Shown piece by piece: positions 24,783 through 37,479 of a DNA stretch of 64,000 nt. The DNA is taken from contig NC_088857.1 of the NCBI RefSeq assembly GCF_963853765.1, positions 42,346,001-42,410,000 of the forward strand, read 5' to 3'. The position numbers and the translations under genes are program-made. Positions within the stretch are counted from its first letter, which is position 1. Every line of letters starts with the position of its first letter. The DNA is from Magallana gigas (Eukaryota). Below the pieces are notes generated by a model. The model had not been told where the DNA came from and ran no database searches. It saw nothing but the letters and a program-made list of their open reading frames with translations.

Positions 24783-27582
24783 ATGAGCATGGTTGTCGCA
24801 TGGATACTTTTATTTTACATCATTGTTTATTATTTCAAAACATATGTACTAGTAGTTTTATTTAAAACATATTCGAACGATGTTCTTGAAACTATAATAC
24901 CTCTTATTCATTATAATCAATATATCCTTATTATAAAATGAATTCAGAAATTCTAAAGTTAATTTTGTTTAACTAAAAAATAACTTAAGCCAAATTGAAA
25001 AAAAAAATTAAGTAAACTAATTCTAAATTTGTCTTTTCACTTCTTAATTTTAACAAGCTCCCCGATGTGTTTGTTTAACTTAAAAATAACATGAAACACA
25101 TTGGAAAAAAAATAAGTAAACTAATTTTAAATTTGTCTGTTCACTTCTTAAGTTTAACAAGCCCTCTAATGTGTTTTTAAATAATCGCACGAATGTATTA
25201 ATGATGATCTAAGTGAACAGGATGTTCTATTTCTTTAAGAAGATTGTTAATCATTTGCTATCATTTATAATTAATTTAATCTGACTTTTTTTTTTATAAA
25301 GATACAGTTTACGAATTGCTTTTTTATTTAAGAATGTGTACAGAGTTCTTATTAATATTCTTAAATTCAATATCAAACATTCAAGAGACAGTGCATTGAT
25401 AACAAGCGAAAGACTTTTAAAAACATTAAATTGTCTTAGATTCCTTTTTAGAACAGGTAAATACAACCGCTAATAATCTGCGAACATATGTCATATAACT
25501 TGAGTTTTCTCTCCTAGCACGTGCTTTACTTATACATGTATCATTAATTTGTGTTTTGTTGTGTATATGTGTGTGGGTGTCGATTGATCTTATCTTTTCA
25601 ATTTATTTTTATATCGTTTGAATTTAGTTCGCATTTAGTTTAAGTCTCCAATAATTATCATCAAGTTCGTCTGTCTGTTCATCAACCATCACTTCGGAGC
25701 ACCTTGTCTCTTTTATACATATGTACGTGTAGCTTGGCCCATTTTGGCTTAAGCCTCTCTTTATAAATTTTCATAAGTAAAAGATGTGCAGTGATCTTGA
25801 ATCACTTGTCATGGTCAAAGTTCAAGGTCTAATAACATCTTTATATGAAATCCTTCTAAAATGCAAATATTTTCTGCTCTTTGGTCAACTTTTACCAAAA
25901 GAGAGCTTACGTGAAAGGATTGTGCAATGATTATGAACAAAGTTCATTTTTTTTTCACATTCATCCTATCTAGCTCAATAACTACCAAAAGAGTGTTCCT
26001 GGGTAAAGGAGTGTCTAGTGGCCTGGAACCGGCTTTCTGGGTCAGACGTCAAGGGCATATGGACCTCTGTGTAAAATCCCAGCATATTGCCCAATCCTTG
26101 CATGACACAGTCAGAATCACATTTTACCCAGGGAGTGTTCGAGTGAATATATTGTGTAGTAACCTTGAACCAACTTTTCATGGTCAGGGGTTAAGGACGT
26201 ATCAGGTCATCTTTGTGTAAAATCATATGCCATAAAATTCCCTTTGTCATGTGGCTAAAAGCGTCTTTGTTTAAAGCCCACGTGTATTTTCTTTCTTTTT
26301 AAATTATGGTTCAGATTTCTACCAACATGTGCCTGTGAATGAGATAGGGCCGGTGCAGTGACCTTCAACTACTTGTATGTTGTTTAGGTCGATCTCAGCC
26401 ACTCTACAATTCTCATTCGTCTAAATGTTTTTTATAAAACATGGTCTTTTGAGATGTCTATCTTCTCATTGTTAATGATATTTAAATCTTCACTTTATAT
26501 AGAAGGAGAGATTAGTGTATATGTATCTAGTATAATTTCGTTATCTTGGAGGGTTAAGTAGTCCTGCGCCTAGAGTAGCTTCAAAAGAGGGTTTTTTTTA
26601 GTGAGGCGTGTTCGTCGTGTGTTTATTTTATAAAGCAAAGATGTATTCTGAAATGTAAAAAAGTCATCTATAATGTTTCAGGATCGGTTGCAATGGTAAC
26701 CACTCCGAACGGAAACCAATGTTTTACTTGTTCATTCACCGTGAACAAGCCATGGATGAAGACGGAATGTGTGAACAATACGGAACAAATATCTATCCAC
26801 GACGACTCCCGACCCTGCAAAAACTACTGCTACACAGAGGATCGCTTCAATATACGTAAGACGACATACTTTATTTTTCTTTGATATATATATAGTTGGT
26901 ATTTACGCATTTCAATTTTATGGGGAATCAGGTTTTGTTGGGGGGGGGGGGTATCTAAATCATAGAATATTCGAAGACATTTGAAAATTTTCTGGGGTCA
27001 TTTTTTACGAATTTTGTAAAAAAAAAAATTAAAAAAAATACCGGTATTTCAGAAGTATGTAAAAAGGTTTTTGGCCTTTAATATTAATAAACAATCATAT
27101 CAAAAATTAAATAATTTATCTTACAATTTGTAGTGGGTTTTTTTATTAATCACCTTTCACACTGTACTCTACACTCGGTCGCACTTAATGAACTAAATCG
27201 TATTTTAGAACAAATGAACTTGTTAAAAGGTATTTTAAAAAAAGCTGAATGCTTTTCTTGCCGTTTTCGTTTTATTTGTTAGCTCCATTTATTTTATTTT
27301 GTTTTATTCTTTTTAAAATATCCAAATATAAATATGAAGTATATTTACTTCAATTCATAACAACTCAAGAAGTATAGTTTTCTCCGTATTACCCATGTAG
27401 AATTTATTAAAGATCTGTTTCGTCATGAGCCACTATCCATGTCACTTCAGGCACAAAACAAGTAGATTCAGTATTTCGGTCCTGCATGCCGAGACTATCC
27501 CAAAAATGGATGTTCCGAAAATTACGGGTTTGTCACGTGCACGTATTCCTGCATGGGCAGCTTATGTAACAACATCTCTGTG
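24783..27582 (+). pseudogene. Ly6-B1 pseudogene (paralogue of Ly6-A1)
   Basis: The exon 1 donor is deleted, a 4-bp ATGC insertion at 27486-27489 frameshifts exon 3, and a ~328-bp deletion (A coordinates 17619-17946) removes the GPI tail and stop. Exon 26682-26855 is still open. Confidence 0.88.
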
Positions 27583-27793
27583 TAATGTTTAATTTGTATT
27601 AATGAGATAAGACGGGAAAACCACTTCACAGACTAACTACGGTCCGTCGAAACACCCAAAAAGGCGTGGGCCTCCGATTTTCGTGATAAGGGAAGATGTC
27701 TCATTCAGTACAAATTCTAGTTACCGAACCATCTAGCGATTTCAAGCTTAAACTGCATTTATCGACATCCGGAAGCCCCGTATTCTGCTTGCA

Positions 27794-28073
27794 ATGGAGT
27801 CGAAAAGAAACATGAAAACCTCTGTCTTTTTGGTTTTTTCATCATTACTAGTACAAGGTAACTTAATCATATTATCAAAATATTATTTATTGATATTTTC
27901 CAAATTTTAAATATGATTTTAAGATTTTCAAACATGAAGACATAAAGTTAATAGATATTCTAAAATGTTGATTACATGTACATTTCATATACCGGGTATA
28001 TTGCTTTTTAAATATCATAAGTATCGTGCTCAAAGTTTGGAGTGTATGGTAAGCGATTAAACAAACATTATTT

Positions 28074-28124
<51 letters not shown>

Positions 28125-28694
28125 CGAGGACATTTTTATTTCAGTTGCTTGGTCCAATCATGTCCGATACTTTACCTGCCTGTCATGTGCCGGAATTGAT
28201 TTCACACAGGAAAAGGACTTCCAATGTTTGAATGACCCGGCATCCATTACGACTTTCATTCATTGCAATAGTACCTGGTCTTGTTCGCACCGCAAACAAA
28301 TCAATGAGAGTATGTATTCCATGTTTAAATAAATACTCAGTATACCGTCCGTCAAAAATATTAAGATTCAAGGCACAAAAATTTCAATTCCAAATATTTA
28401 GGATTTGGTTTTTTAGGGGATTTTTTGGATTTTTTTTTTTTTTTTACAGAAACTGGAAAGATCAACTCTGTCTTGCGCGGTTGTGAACCTCAACTAGTTA
28501 CGGGCGACTGCATATACTCCAATCCAAACAACGACTGTTTCAAGTTTTGCTACTCGGAAAATTGCAATAACGAGATAAACCCTTGGCTTCACGATAACCC
28601 TTGGCTTCACGATAACCATAATGGCTGTTCCTACAATGTCGCCTCCGGGTTTTTGGCGGTGGCTGTTCCATTAATTATCTTCTTTACTCCATAA
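27794..28694 (+). CDS. Ly6/uPAR GPI-type protein, locus Ly6-B2 (intact paralogue of A2, 157 aa)
   Basis: Exons 27794-27857, 28145-28309 and 28450-28694; all Cys retained; 18-nt in-frame duplication (PWLHDN twice). Confidence 0.87.
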
Positions 28695-29352
28695 CATAAA
28701 TGGATATTAAGCTGCAGATTCTTTGTTCTAATTGTGTCATGAAATGTGTTTTGCTGTATTTCATTGCTTAAAGCATACAGTTACTTTATAATAAAAGTAA
28801 ACCTATACTTTATTGAAAGGAGTCACATTCACATGCGTCCGCTGCATTCATACAAAGACACTCATGTTCATTTATTACGCCACTTTTGCCAACCATGTCG
28901 CTTCCTCTATTTTGTTACTGATGACTTGAAGCTTGATAATGTATTTTTCTAGCCTTTTATACTGTTCTTCGTTCAGAATGTTCTTAACTGCCATCTGTGA
29001 AGAAAATATGTTGTTTTAGAGTATAGAGAGTGTTTTTTTTCTTTTCATTTTAACATGTCTCAAACTTTTTGGTCAGTGGTTTAATCGATTATCGAACTAT
29101 CGTAATTTCGATTCCTGTATCTCTGTCATACATGATATTTTCCCCCCGAAAACGAGTTATTTTATTTCAATCGACAATGAAAATTGATATTCATTACAAT
29201 AACAACCAATAAGATCGTTTTGAGTAAATTAAACACTTTCCAGATAATCTTCATACATTGTAATGTTTGATGCATGTGTTGTTTATAATCTAGTTCAGTG
29301 TTAATGTAAATTTTCAACATACATTCAACGTTCACAAATGCTTTATAGTTAC

Positions 29353-31594
29353 CAATTGCATTTCTTCTTCCGATATGACTCTGAAAATATATATCACATT
29401 TTGCACAGTCTCAAGCTCATGCAACTTTCCCACTAAGATGCTGAAATGTAAAAATAAAATTAATCATAGTAAAACACATTTTAAAACTAATCTTCCTTCA
29501 ATTTGCACTCGAGTTTTTAATTAAGCTTGTATCACCTCTGGTATTTGGAAGATTTTCGACTGAGAACATTTAGATCCTCCGGTACATCCTCATCGCTGTC
29601 CATGGCACTGTCTAGACAGTCATACAGATTGCAATACGAGTTAAAACGAATTAATAGATTTGGGTTTTTTAACAATGCCCTCTTGCTTAAATCCTACACT
29701 GTATATTTTAATGTTAATAATTCTATTGATATTACTGTATTCAAGGAAATATTTGCTCCCGTTTTATTTTCATCTCTTTTGCCCTCGTTGTCAGCGGGCG
29801 AATTTAAAACTGGACGAAATCCAATGTCTCAAACAATCTGTCTTAACACAACTTTGTCTGGACGAATTCTAAACGGGGCGAAACCGCTTGTCAGTTAAAA
29901 GGACGAAAATAACACGGGCGGAAATAACCCTGTATACAGTATATTGAATATCTACAGATCTATGTATCTTATTTTATATCTATAATCATATAATGAAAGT
30001 TTAAGATGTTTTTTGTCATATGTAGAATTGCGTACCCTCGTCTGTCGATTTAACCAAGGCTGACAGTTGTCTCTGAAAACGAAGAGTTGTTTCCGGCGAA
30101 GATAGAGTCTTAAAGAAGAAGCGCATAAATCAGAAGTAAAATGTGCTCTCTAATCACCTTAAACTCCAATACTTTCTCTTAAAAATCTATAAACTAAAAT
30201 CAAACCTCGGACCAATCCTCTATAAGTAGCGGCTCATTATCATCATCGCCATCATCACCACCACCATCATCATCATCATCCTTATCATCACCATTCCAAT
30301 TGGTAAGAAACCCAACCTTATCCTTGAAGATGTGACCTGCTTTTATGGATGATTGCAGAGATTATAAAGTGAATTTGATAAGAACAACGTTTTATTCACA
30401 TTCATGATAACTTACTCAGACTTTACAGTTTCGTGTATTACGTACCCTCATCCGTCGATTTAACCACCAAAGCTGACATTTGACTTTCATTACGAGTTGT
30501 TTCCGTCAAAGATAGAGTCTTAAAGAAAAACCGTATAAATCAGAATTAAAATGTGCTCTCTATATGGGTTACACTCTATTACTTTCTCTTAAAAAATCTA
30601 TCAACTAAAATCAAACCTCTGACAAATCTTCTACAAGTTGCTGCTCGATATCATCATCATCGCCATCGCCATCATCATCATCACCACCACCATCCTTGAA
30701 GATGCGACCTGCTTTTATGAATGATAGCAGTCATTATAAAGTGAATTTGATACGGACGAAGTTTTATACAGTATCATCTGGTATATGATAACTTACTCAG
30801 ACTTTGCAGTTTGTTTAAAACAGTGTTTAGTTTTAAAACCTCGTCTTTGATTGCGCCGTACTTTTTAGGATATTTCGTCTTTACTCTCTCCTATATAAGT
30901 TAGTTAGAATTAGAATAATTATTTCAGGGATCATCAAGAAAAATCATGGTTCTCATAAAATTGAATTCTTTTACTCCGTAACTCCTTAATAAGTTTTATC
31001 ATTTTATTGTAATGAGGAAAACATGCAATGTTTTCAATTCAAATTTTAAACAAATACTATTTAGCCACAAGATTGGTCTACGTGTCAGGAATATATTCGG
31101 ACTCACCATTCGTGCCCTTTTGCTAACATCTCGCGTTGATAATATGCATCGTATATCAACGACGTATTCTACTTTTCCTAGTTTTCTCGTCAGTTTCCTG
31201 ATGAAAAGAAGTTGAATAATTAAAGTTTTATTATAGCTATCATTTATTCTTCGAGATTACTGGTTACATGAACGTTAAACGCTAACAATATTACCAATTT
31301 AAATTGAAATGATAGTAAACTTACGAAAGTATACTTGATGTGTCGGATTCCAATTCTCTAATCAGTGACTCCTTGCTCGATACATCTCTCTGCATATTGC
31401 CATTTGAATCCTACAGTGTCGGTTATATGGGTTTATTCAATATCTAAGGCGCATATGATACTAAGGAAATGTACACATTAAATAGCAGAAAAAAGGAATG
31501 ACAAAAAAGGAAAGTCGTAAATAGCGCGGGCAAAATATTAATGAAATATCTTAAATGTATACAGTATGTGCTCATCCTCTAACTTTACTACACG

Positions 31595-31662
<68 letters not shown>

Positions 31663-34600
31663 TAAATACGTATACAACACTATTCACATATTTACACTGT
31701 CTGAGGAGGTGGATTCCTCGGACTGACTGCCCGGCTGTTCAAGACCCGGATGTTCGAAGTGTTGCTGCGGTTCTTCCTCTCTGACATACAGACACTCTGA
31801 ATTCATATTTTCGCTTTTGCCTTGGATAAAGAACATTTCTAATCTTAACACAAGCTCGTCATTTTCATTGCTCTACGGATCATTTAGGTAATTACAGACA
31901 TTACCTTCTGACATAAGCTCCAGCAAAAAGTTTCCTTGGAACAATAATCCATTTTCCTCATTAAAAGCTTCATATTCAATTTTTGCGTTCCTTCTTTCAT
32001 CTATAAAATAGAACACAAATTATCAATACAACTTGTCCTTCAATAAAAGTCATAAAAATTAGGGATTTAAAAATCTTGCATTGCTCAATAATTTGTGTTA
32101 CTGCTATACCTTTGCTAACTTGGAGTGTGTCCATTTTATTTAAAAGTCTTTTAATGTCCATTCCAATTGAGTTTTCAAGGGCGACAAGAAAAATCCTGAC
32201 GGCTTCATCTCCTCTATGTAAAACCATCCGAACAAAATGTAAGTTTTCTGTTCGAACACTCTCGCTGCTCATGTGTAGCGAGTCGAGCTCCTCGTAAGAC
32301 ATGATCCCAGCACTCACGAAAGGGGTCTGAAGGGCTGCGACACTCATCACATCTAATATCTCCGGCAAATTGTCCAGGATATTGCTCTTGATGTGTTCGA
32401 TGTCTGAAAATATTGCTTCAAATTACGTTACAACGAAAATTGTTCCATATACATGTAATTAAAAGGCCTGCATGCATTGACACCATTGACGACGATTAGG
32501 GGTAAGTATAAGTGAAACATAGCATTTTCCATGGATAAATAATACATATAGAGACGATATAGAGTTTACATTGTATGTATGCAGAAAATTCATTGTCTTT
32601 TATGTTGTCAGATTTCTCAGTTGGTACTTCTTTACTACTTTTACTTTAATTAATACTCACCTAAATCTTGGAATTTTTCCACGTTTGGAAACAGTTTATC
32701 ATAAACATATCTGTTTTTCTCTTTCAGTCTGTCTAGTACAAGTTCAATCGTTTCTTCGGACTCCTTTTTTAGATGTTCCAACAACAACTTTACTTTGTCC
32801 GTCCTGGTTTTCCTGTTTTCTATGTCCGCCTTTACAGAACTAAAGATATGTCCCATCTCTGTGTCCCGTACCAAACATCCTGGTTCTAGCTCTTCCAATA
32901 AAAAGCTTTCACATCGGTCCAAACGGGCTTTGTGCCTCGTGTCAGACTCTTTCTTTGGTTGAAATGCAGTTGGCTTGGAACCTCAAAATGAAGATTAAGT
33001 TACATGATAAATAATGAAGATGTCATTCTTACAGAAAATTATCCACCGTTTCATGAATGGGTATCAATGATTCTATACAGTTAGAAATTATTATGCAATG
33101 TATTGTATATTTTAAAATTTTATTAAATTGACATGTACATGTTTGCATTATATGTGTACCTTCAGTAGCATTCTTAACTTTGATTTCAATTTGTATTTTG
33201 TATTTATCCTTTGTCAAAAGTTTCCGAACGCCCTTCGTCTTGAACAAACTTTCTAAGAATGTGGAAATGTCTCCACTTTCTATGAAATGTCTCAATTTTT
33301 CCTTTGCGTCGCTGGATTCTGTGCGTAGCCAGATTGTAATGGACCCCTCCGACAAACGATCAATGGTTGAGTGTATTCCTTGCATAATCTTGTCTTCTGA
33401 TTCTGGAATTTCTTGTTTCAGAGCTCTGTATACTCTTAAGCTTTCACTGCCGTCAACATGTGTGATTCTCAATTCCACTGATTTAACAGTAGAGCTGGAG
33501 GCTGACATATTAAATATAACTTGTGGTGCAACAAATTTTCTGGTAAATGATATTCTTTTTTCGCTAGAAATATTTCTTATACTAGCCCTTAGGTAAGGGT
33601 ACTAAAATATTGATTAACTTTAATTTGGCAACACAATTATACATATGTACATACCAAGGCCAAAAAAATGATTCCAAAATGAATAAAACATATTTTTGAA
33701 ATGATATTTTAATCAGTATTTAACTGTATGGAAAATAAGGTTGCAACTACCTTCGGTAGGGAGGAACATCCATCCGTTCACCATTTCAACTGTTAGTGGT
33801 CTTTCATTGTCTGGAGATGAGAAACACAGGTTAATGGTTTAGTTCCAAAACGGAGATAAAATATCAAAACAGAATTTCAAAGTTTTTGAAAGTCGGGCTA
33901 CATTATCTTAGTATGAATTAATCATGTATACAACCTGCAGTATCGCCCTCCGCCGGTACATCTTGCTGAAGGCTCTCAGCAAGATCATCTAATTCATGGA
34001 ATTTCAAAATGGAGAGCAGTTTTCTTGAAAAGGACCCGGGTCTGTTTTTCTCACTATATTTCAGAATCTTTTTCGCCGCTTCATCTTTGTTTGTAATGCG
34101 TGATATTTCCTCATGCTCGTCTACAGAAATAAGATCCTCTTGGAGGAAATCGTCCAAAATGCTGTTGGAACTCAAAACATTAATGCGTTTTCTAATTTCT
34201 GTCAATAACTTTTCTCGATGTTTCCCGTGTTGCTTCAGATTGTAATGTAGACGTGTGTTTGAGGAATCTAAGCCTAAAAAATGAAATAAAGGCTTTAAAG
34301 GGATTAAATTAAAAGGCTTTTTCAAGACAGTCTAAGAGTCGTAAAATACTAGTAATTTGTGATGATAGTGCATTTTGATTTACCATCATTTGAACTTTCC
34401 ATTGCATATGCAGCGGAACATAACAGGTGCCCAAAACTGCAGCATTCATCAGCTATTATATTTTTCATCATTTTGATAAATTTCTCTGGATCTGGATTCT
34501 TTATCAATTTACGTAAAATGATATCACACTTCCTTGCTCGGCATTCTTTCAGAAGGTGGGTGTTTTCATCAGTGTCAAGAATTTCATACTGAACAAGATA

Positions 34601-35977
34601 ATCAAGGATCTCGTTTGGTTCCATTTCCTCTTTAAGTTTTTTATAGTTTTTTCTAATACATGTATGATGTGTTTCCAAGGCAACCAAGCTGTCTGGATAG
34701 CCACTGTCTTGTCTGTCGTAAGGGGGTTCGGTCATAACAGAAGCCGTGTCAGTTGTCTGTAAGGAATGATTCTAAATTTTATTAAAGGAGCATGGTCACG
34801 ATTTTGGTCATTTTTTTTTTTTTTTTATTATTTACAATGCTTTAAAAATGCATTTATAATGATCAAATTAAATTTAAGAGTCTTTCGTAGAGTTATAAGC
34901 AATATACAGGGCTCACAATTCTCTAACATGTAAACAAGGCTCGTACCTTGTTTTTGTTTACATAAGTTCAATATACCAGTGAAAAAAAAATTCCAGCTTA
35001 TTTGTCAATCTTTTTATTTATTTTAAGCATAGATAAACAGTTGCTAACGTTTAACACATTCGTTTTAGGTTTAAAACTGAAACCTTTACTTCAACGTTCA
35101 AAATGTAAACAAACGCTTTGTTAACATAGCGAAGAATTTCAAGCTCTATAACTTGCTTATAACTCAACAAATGACACTCAAAATTCGGTTCCCTATTAAA
35201 AATGCCTTTCTGAAGCATTGTAAATATTTAAAAAATCGGAAAAATAATTTTTGACCAAAATCGTGACCATGCCCTTTAAACGGGAAGACATTATTAACAC
35301 ATGTATTAATAAATCTATTCAATGAACTAGTATATTCTTGTTTGAGTTTGTAGAACTTTTTAATCGAATTTACAGGATTTTAACAAAAATGTGTAACTGG
35401 GGCGATTCTTGAGTAGGTTGGCCAATCGTTAACTTACGATTTTGTGCTGTTTTTAAAATAGCTAGTAGCATAAGGATCTAATATTATTCTGTATTCTGTA
35501 AAGCAATTGTGGCCAGCTTGAATCATTTCGCACTAGTAACAGCTAAGCAATGTTGAATTCTGTCGTAATATGGTATGTACATGAGAATTTTGTCAGTCTA
35601 CATGACGCGTCATACCCGATGAATCTACACGGTAAGATTTAAAAAAAAAATTTAAGACTACAGAATAAATTCAAAGGAGATTTAAAATCATATACATTTG
35701 TAGTTCGGCATTCTCTGCTTGGTCCGTATATTTGACTTTAATTGTATTATGTATTGAGAAACTGTTACTCTACAAGAAAAGCATTGATCAGAATTGTTTT
35801 GGATTCAGCAACAGTTCACAATATGCACATGCAGATATTAACCTTATTTTGACTATTTATGGAAATAAGAGAATATCTTACCTCTATACATAACATTTTG
35901 TCAACTTTCTGTTCACCGATGTCAAATGTTCCTCCAGAAATCTGTTTGTCCTCATTTTCTTACCTTCCTGGTGAATC
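29353..35977 (-). CDS. Large non-catalytic death-fold protein: CARD-CARD-(TRADD-N-like)-CARD-CARD plus acidic tail, at least ~940 aa
   Basis: Phase-compatible open exon chain: 34756-34384 (CARD1), 34273-33935 (CARD2), 33810-33782 (donor uncertain), 33601-33160, 32981-32661 (CARD3), 32403-32110 (CARD4), 32000-31905, 31820-31696, 31410-31325, 31197-31107, 30890-30797, 30708-30617, 30518-30446, 30336-30206, 30108-30036, 29611-29536, 29440-29353. An upstream exon is likely at about 35977-35881. CARD-like pattern e.g. IRKNYKKLKEEMEPNEILDYLVQYEIL. The true start and final exon are not resolved. Confidence 0.75.
29735..29939. mobile_element. TA-flanked Tc1/mariner-type MITE (copy in unit B)
   Basis: TA|CTGTA ... 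TACAG|TA. Confidence 0.7.
31597..31659. repeat. (AG)n microsatellite (others at 18799-18852, 23522-23541, 28075-28122)
   Basis: Direct observation. Confidence 0.95.
34786..35275. mobile_element. Complete Kolobok-like MITE, 490 bp
   Basis: TTAA|AGGAGCATGGTCACGATTTTGGTCA ... TGACCAAAATCGTGACCATGCCCT|TTAA. Confidence 0.9.
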
Positions 35978-36179
35978 TAATTCAGTGACAAGACATTTAA
36001 TGGACCAGTCAATCATGTTATAGACATGGAATATATCAAGAGCTAACTTTGAATCCGTGCCAAACTTTATTGATTTTAACGAAATAGTTCCGTTCTGATT
36101 GATTTGCAGGTGTTTGGTGTAAACAAATGCATGTTAAATGTCTTCATCATTCTGTTGTTTCAGGAAGGGACGTCACATG

Positions 36180-37074
36180 CAGTGGCGTCGGAAGCAAATT
36201 GAAAGTGTGTGTGTGGGGGGGGGGGGGGCTGACTAATCCTCAGAGATCTTTATCAATAAAAAAAAATCCCAAAATCATGACAATCCTAATCCGTGGTGGT
36301 GGTGGTGGGGGGGGGGGGGGTTACCTATGGTTCCAAAGAAATTTTTCTTACCGATCAAAATTCCCCCCCCCCCCCCCCCAAATCATGATATACCTAATCC
36401 GGATTTACAGTCAAGTCGTACACAGACCAACTCGTATACAGGTCAACTCGTATACAAAAATTTCCGCATAAAAAAAATAAAAGTAAACTAGTATACAAAA
36501 AATTCCGCATATAAAATAGGTATGCTAAACCGAAAGTCAACTCGTATACAAAAAATTCCCGTATACTTTCTATGATAAGATTTTCATCAATTTTAGTAAA
36601 TAACCCCATACCTACAATAGAGTAGGACTTGTGTTACTATAGAGTCAACAAAATAATGAGGAGTATCTTAATTTGCCTTTAAGAAGTCATCCGTTTGGAG
36701 AAGCAAGAAACATCGCGCTTGTTGTTTTAACAATTATTGTTTTTATGCGGAAATTTTGTATACGAGTTGACCTGTATACGAGTTGGTCTGTGTACGACTT
36801 GACCGGACACCCTAATGAGTGCTATTTCGTGGGGGGAGGGGGGCGGGGGGGGGGCAGTTTACCCATGACTCCAACTTCTCATTATTTCCATCTTTTCTAC
36901 GTAAATTTAGGAACAATTATCTTTGCTCCAAGAAAAAGTGGGGGGGGGGGGGGGGGGGGGCTGAACCCTCTCTGATGCTATGTGCCTAATGGTTAGGTCT
37001 AACTTTGCAAAAAAAAGTAGAAGGGGGGGGGCTAAGTCCCCCTAGCACCCTCACCCCCTGTTCCGACGCCTATG
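36180..37074. mobile_element. G/C-homopolymer-rich MITE hosting a nested element
   Basis: CAGTGGCGTCGGAA ... TTCCGACGCCTATG (12/14 complementary); ACATG on both flanks. Confidence 0.6.
36410..36803. mobile_element. MITE with ~65-bp TIRs built from aactcgtatac subrepeats, nested in 36180-37074
   Basis: gtcaagtcgtacacagaccaactcgtatacaggtcaactcgtatacaaaa is mirrored at about 36740-36803. Confidence 0.8.
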
Positions 37075-37479
37075 ACATGACAAATCCTGGAGGGGGCAAT
37101 GGCTGTTTGCATAATCATGGTTACATTTCGTCCCTATAAAATGCTTTGTTTTACGTTTTTACAAAATTTCTTATTAAAAACAAATATGTGATCGGCACGT
37201 TGTTTTACAGCAGATAATCTAACTCAAACTCCGTATGCTTAAAATATAAAAAAAGGAATTATGTAATTACATGTATGTAGGGAAAGGGTGCTTGTTGTTT
37301 TAAAATTGAAACACTTTTTCTGCAAGTTAAAGTTATTGTTATGTTTCAATTACTCTGCAGTCATCCTGTACAGTAATTACAAATAGTTTTCCTTTCAGGC
37401 TGATAAAATTCAAAGCTTTAAGTCTTGTTTATCGTAAGATTTAGTGACGTGCAAAATTAGTAAACAAGTTGTATGTGCA

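Larger units (their letters stand above)
14747..32851. repeat. Tandem segmental duplication, unit A 14747-24710 and unit B 24711-32851, roughly 90% identical by eye
   Basis: Colinear matching throughout. The junction at 24711-24716 (ATATGT) is shared by both parental ends (14747-14752 and 32846-32851). The length difference is largely due to insertions in A. Confidence 0.93.

Noticed and set aside
28950-29352. Further minus-strand exons of the CARD gene, including a possible hydrophobic tail
   Set aside because: Candidate frames have stops in one or both copies and lack convincing acceptors; the 3' end is left unresolved.
31696-31904. In-frame TAG followed by ~64 open codons in both CARD copies, suggesting stop-codon readthrough
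   Set aside because: An 84-nt GT-AG intron (31904-31821) with a good pyrimidine tract removes the TAG and keeps the frame.
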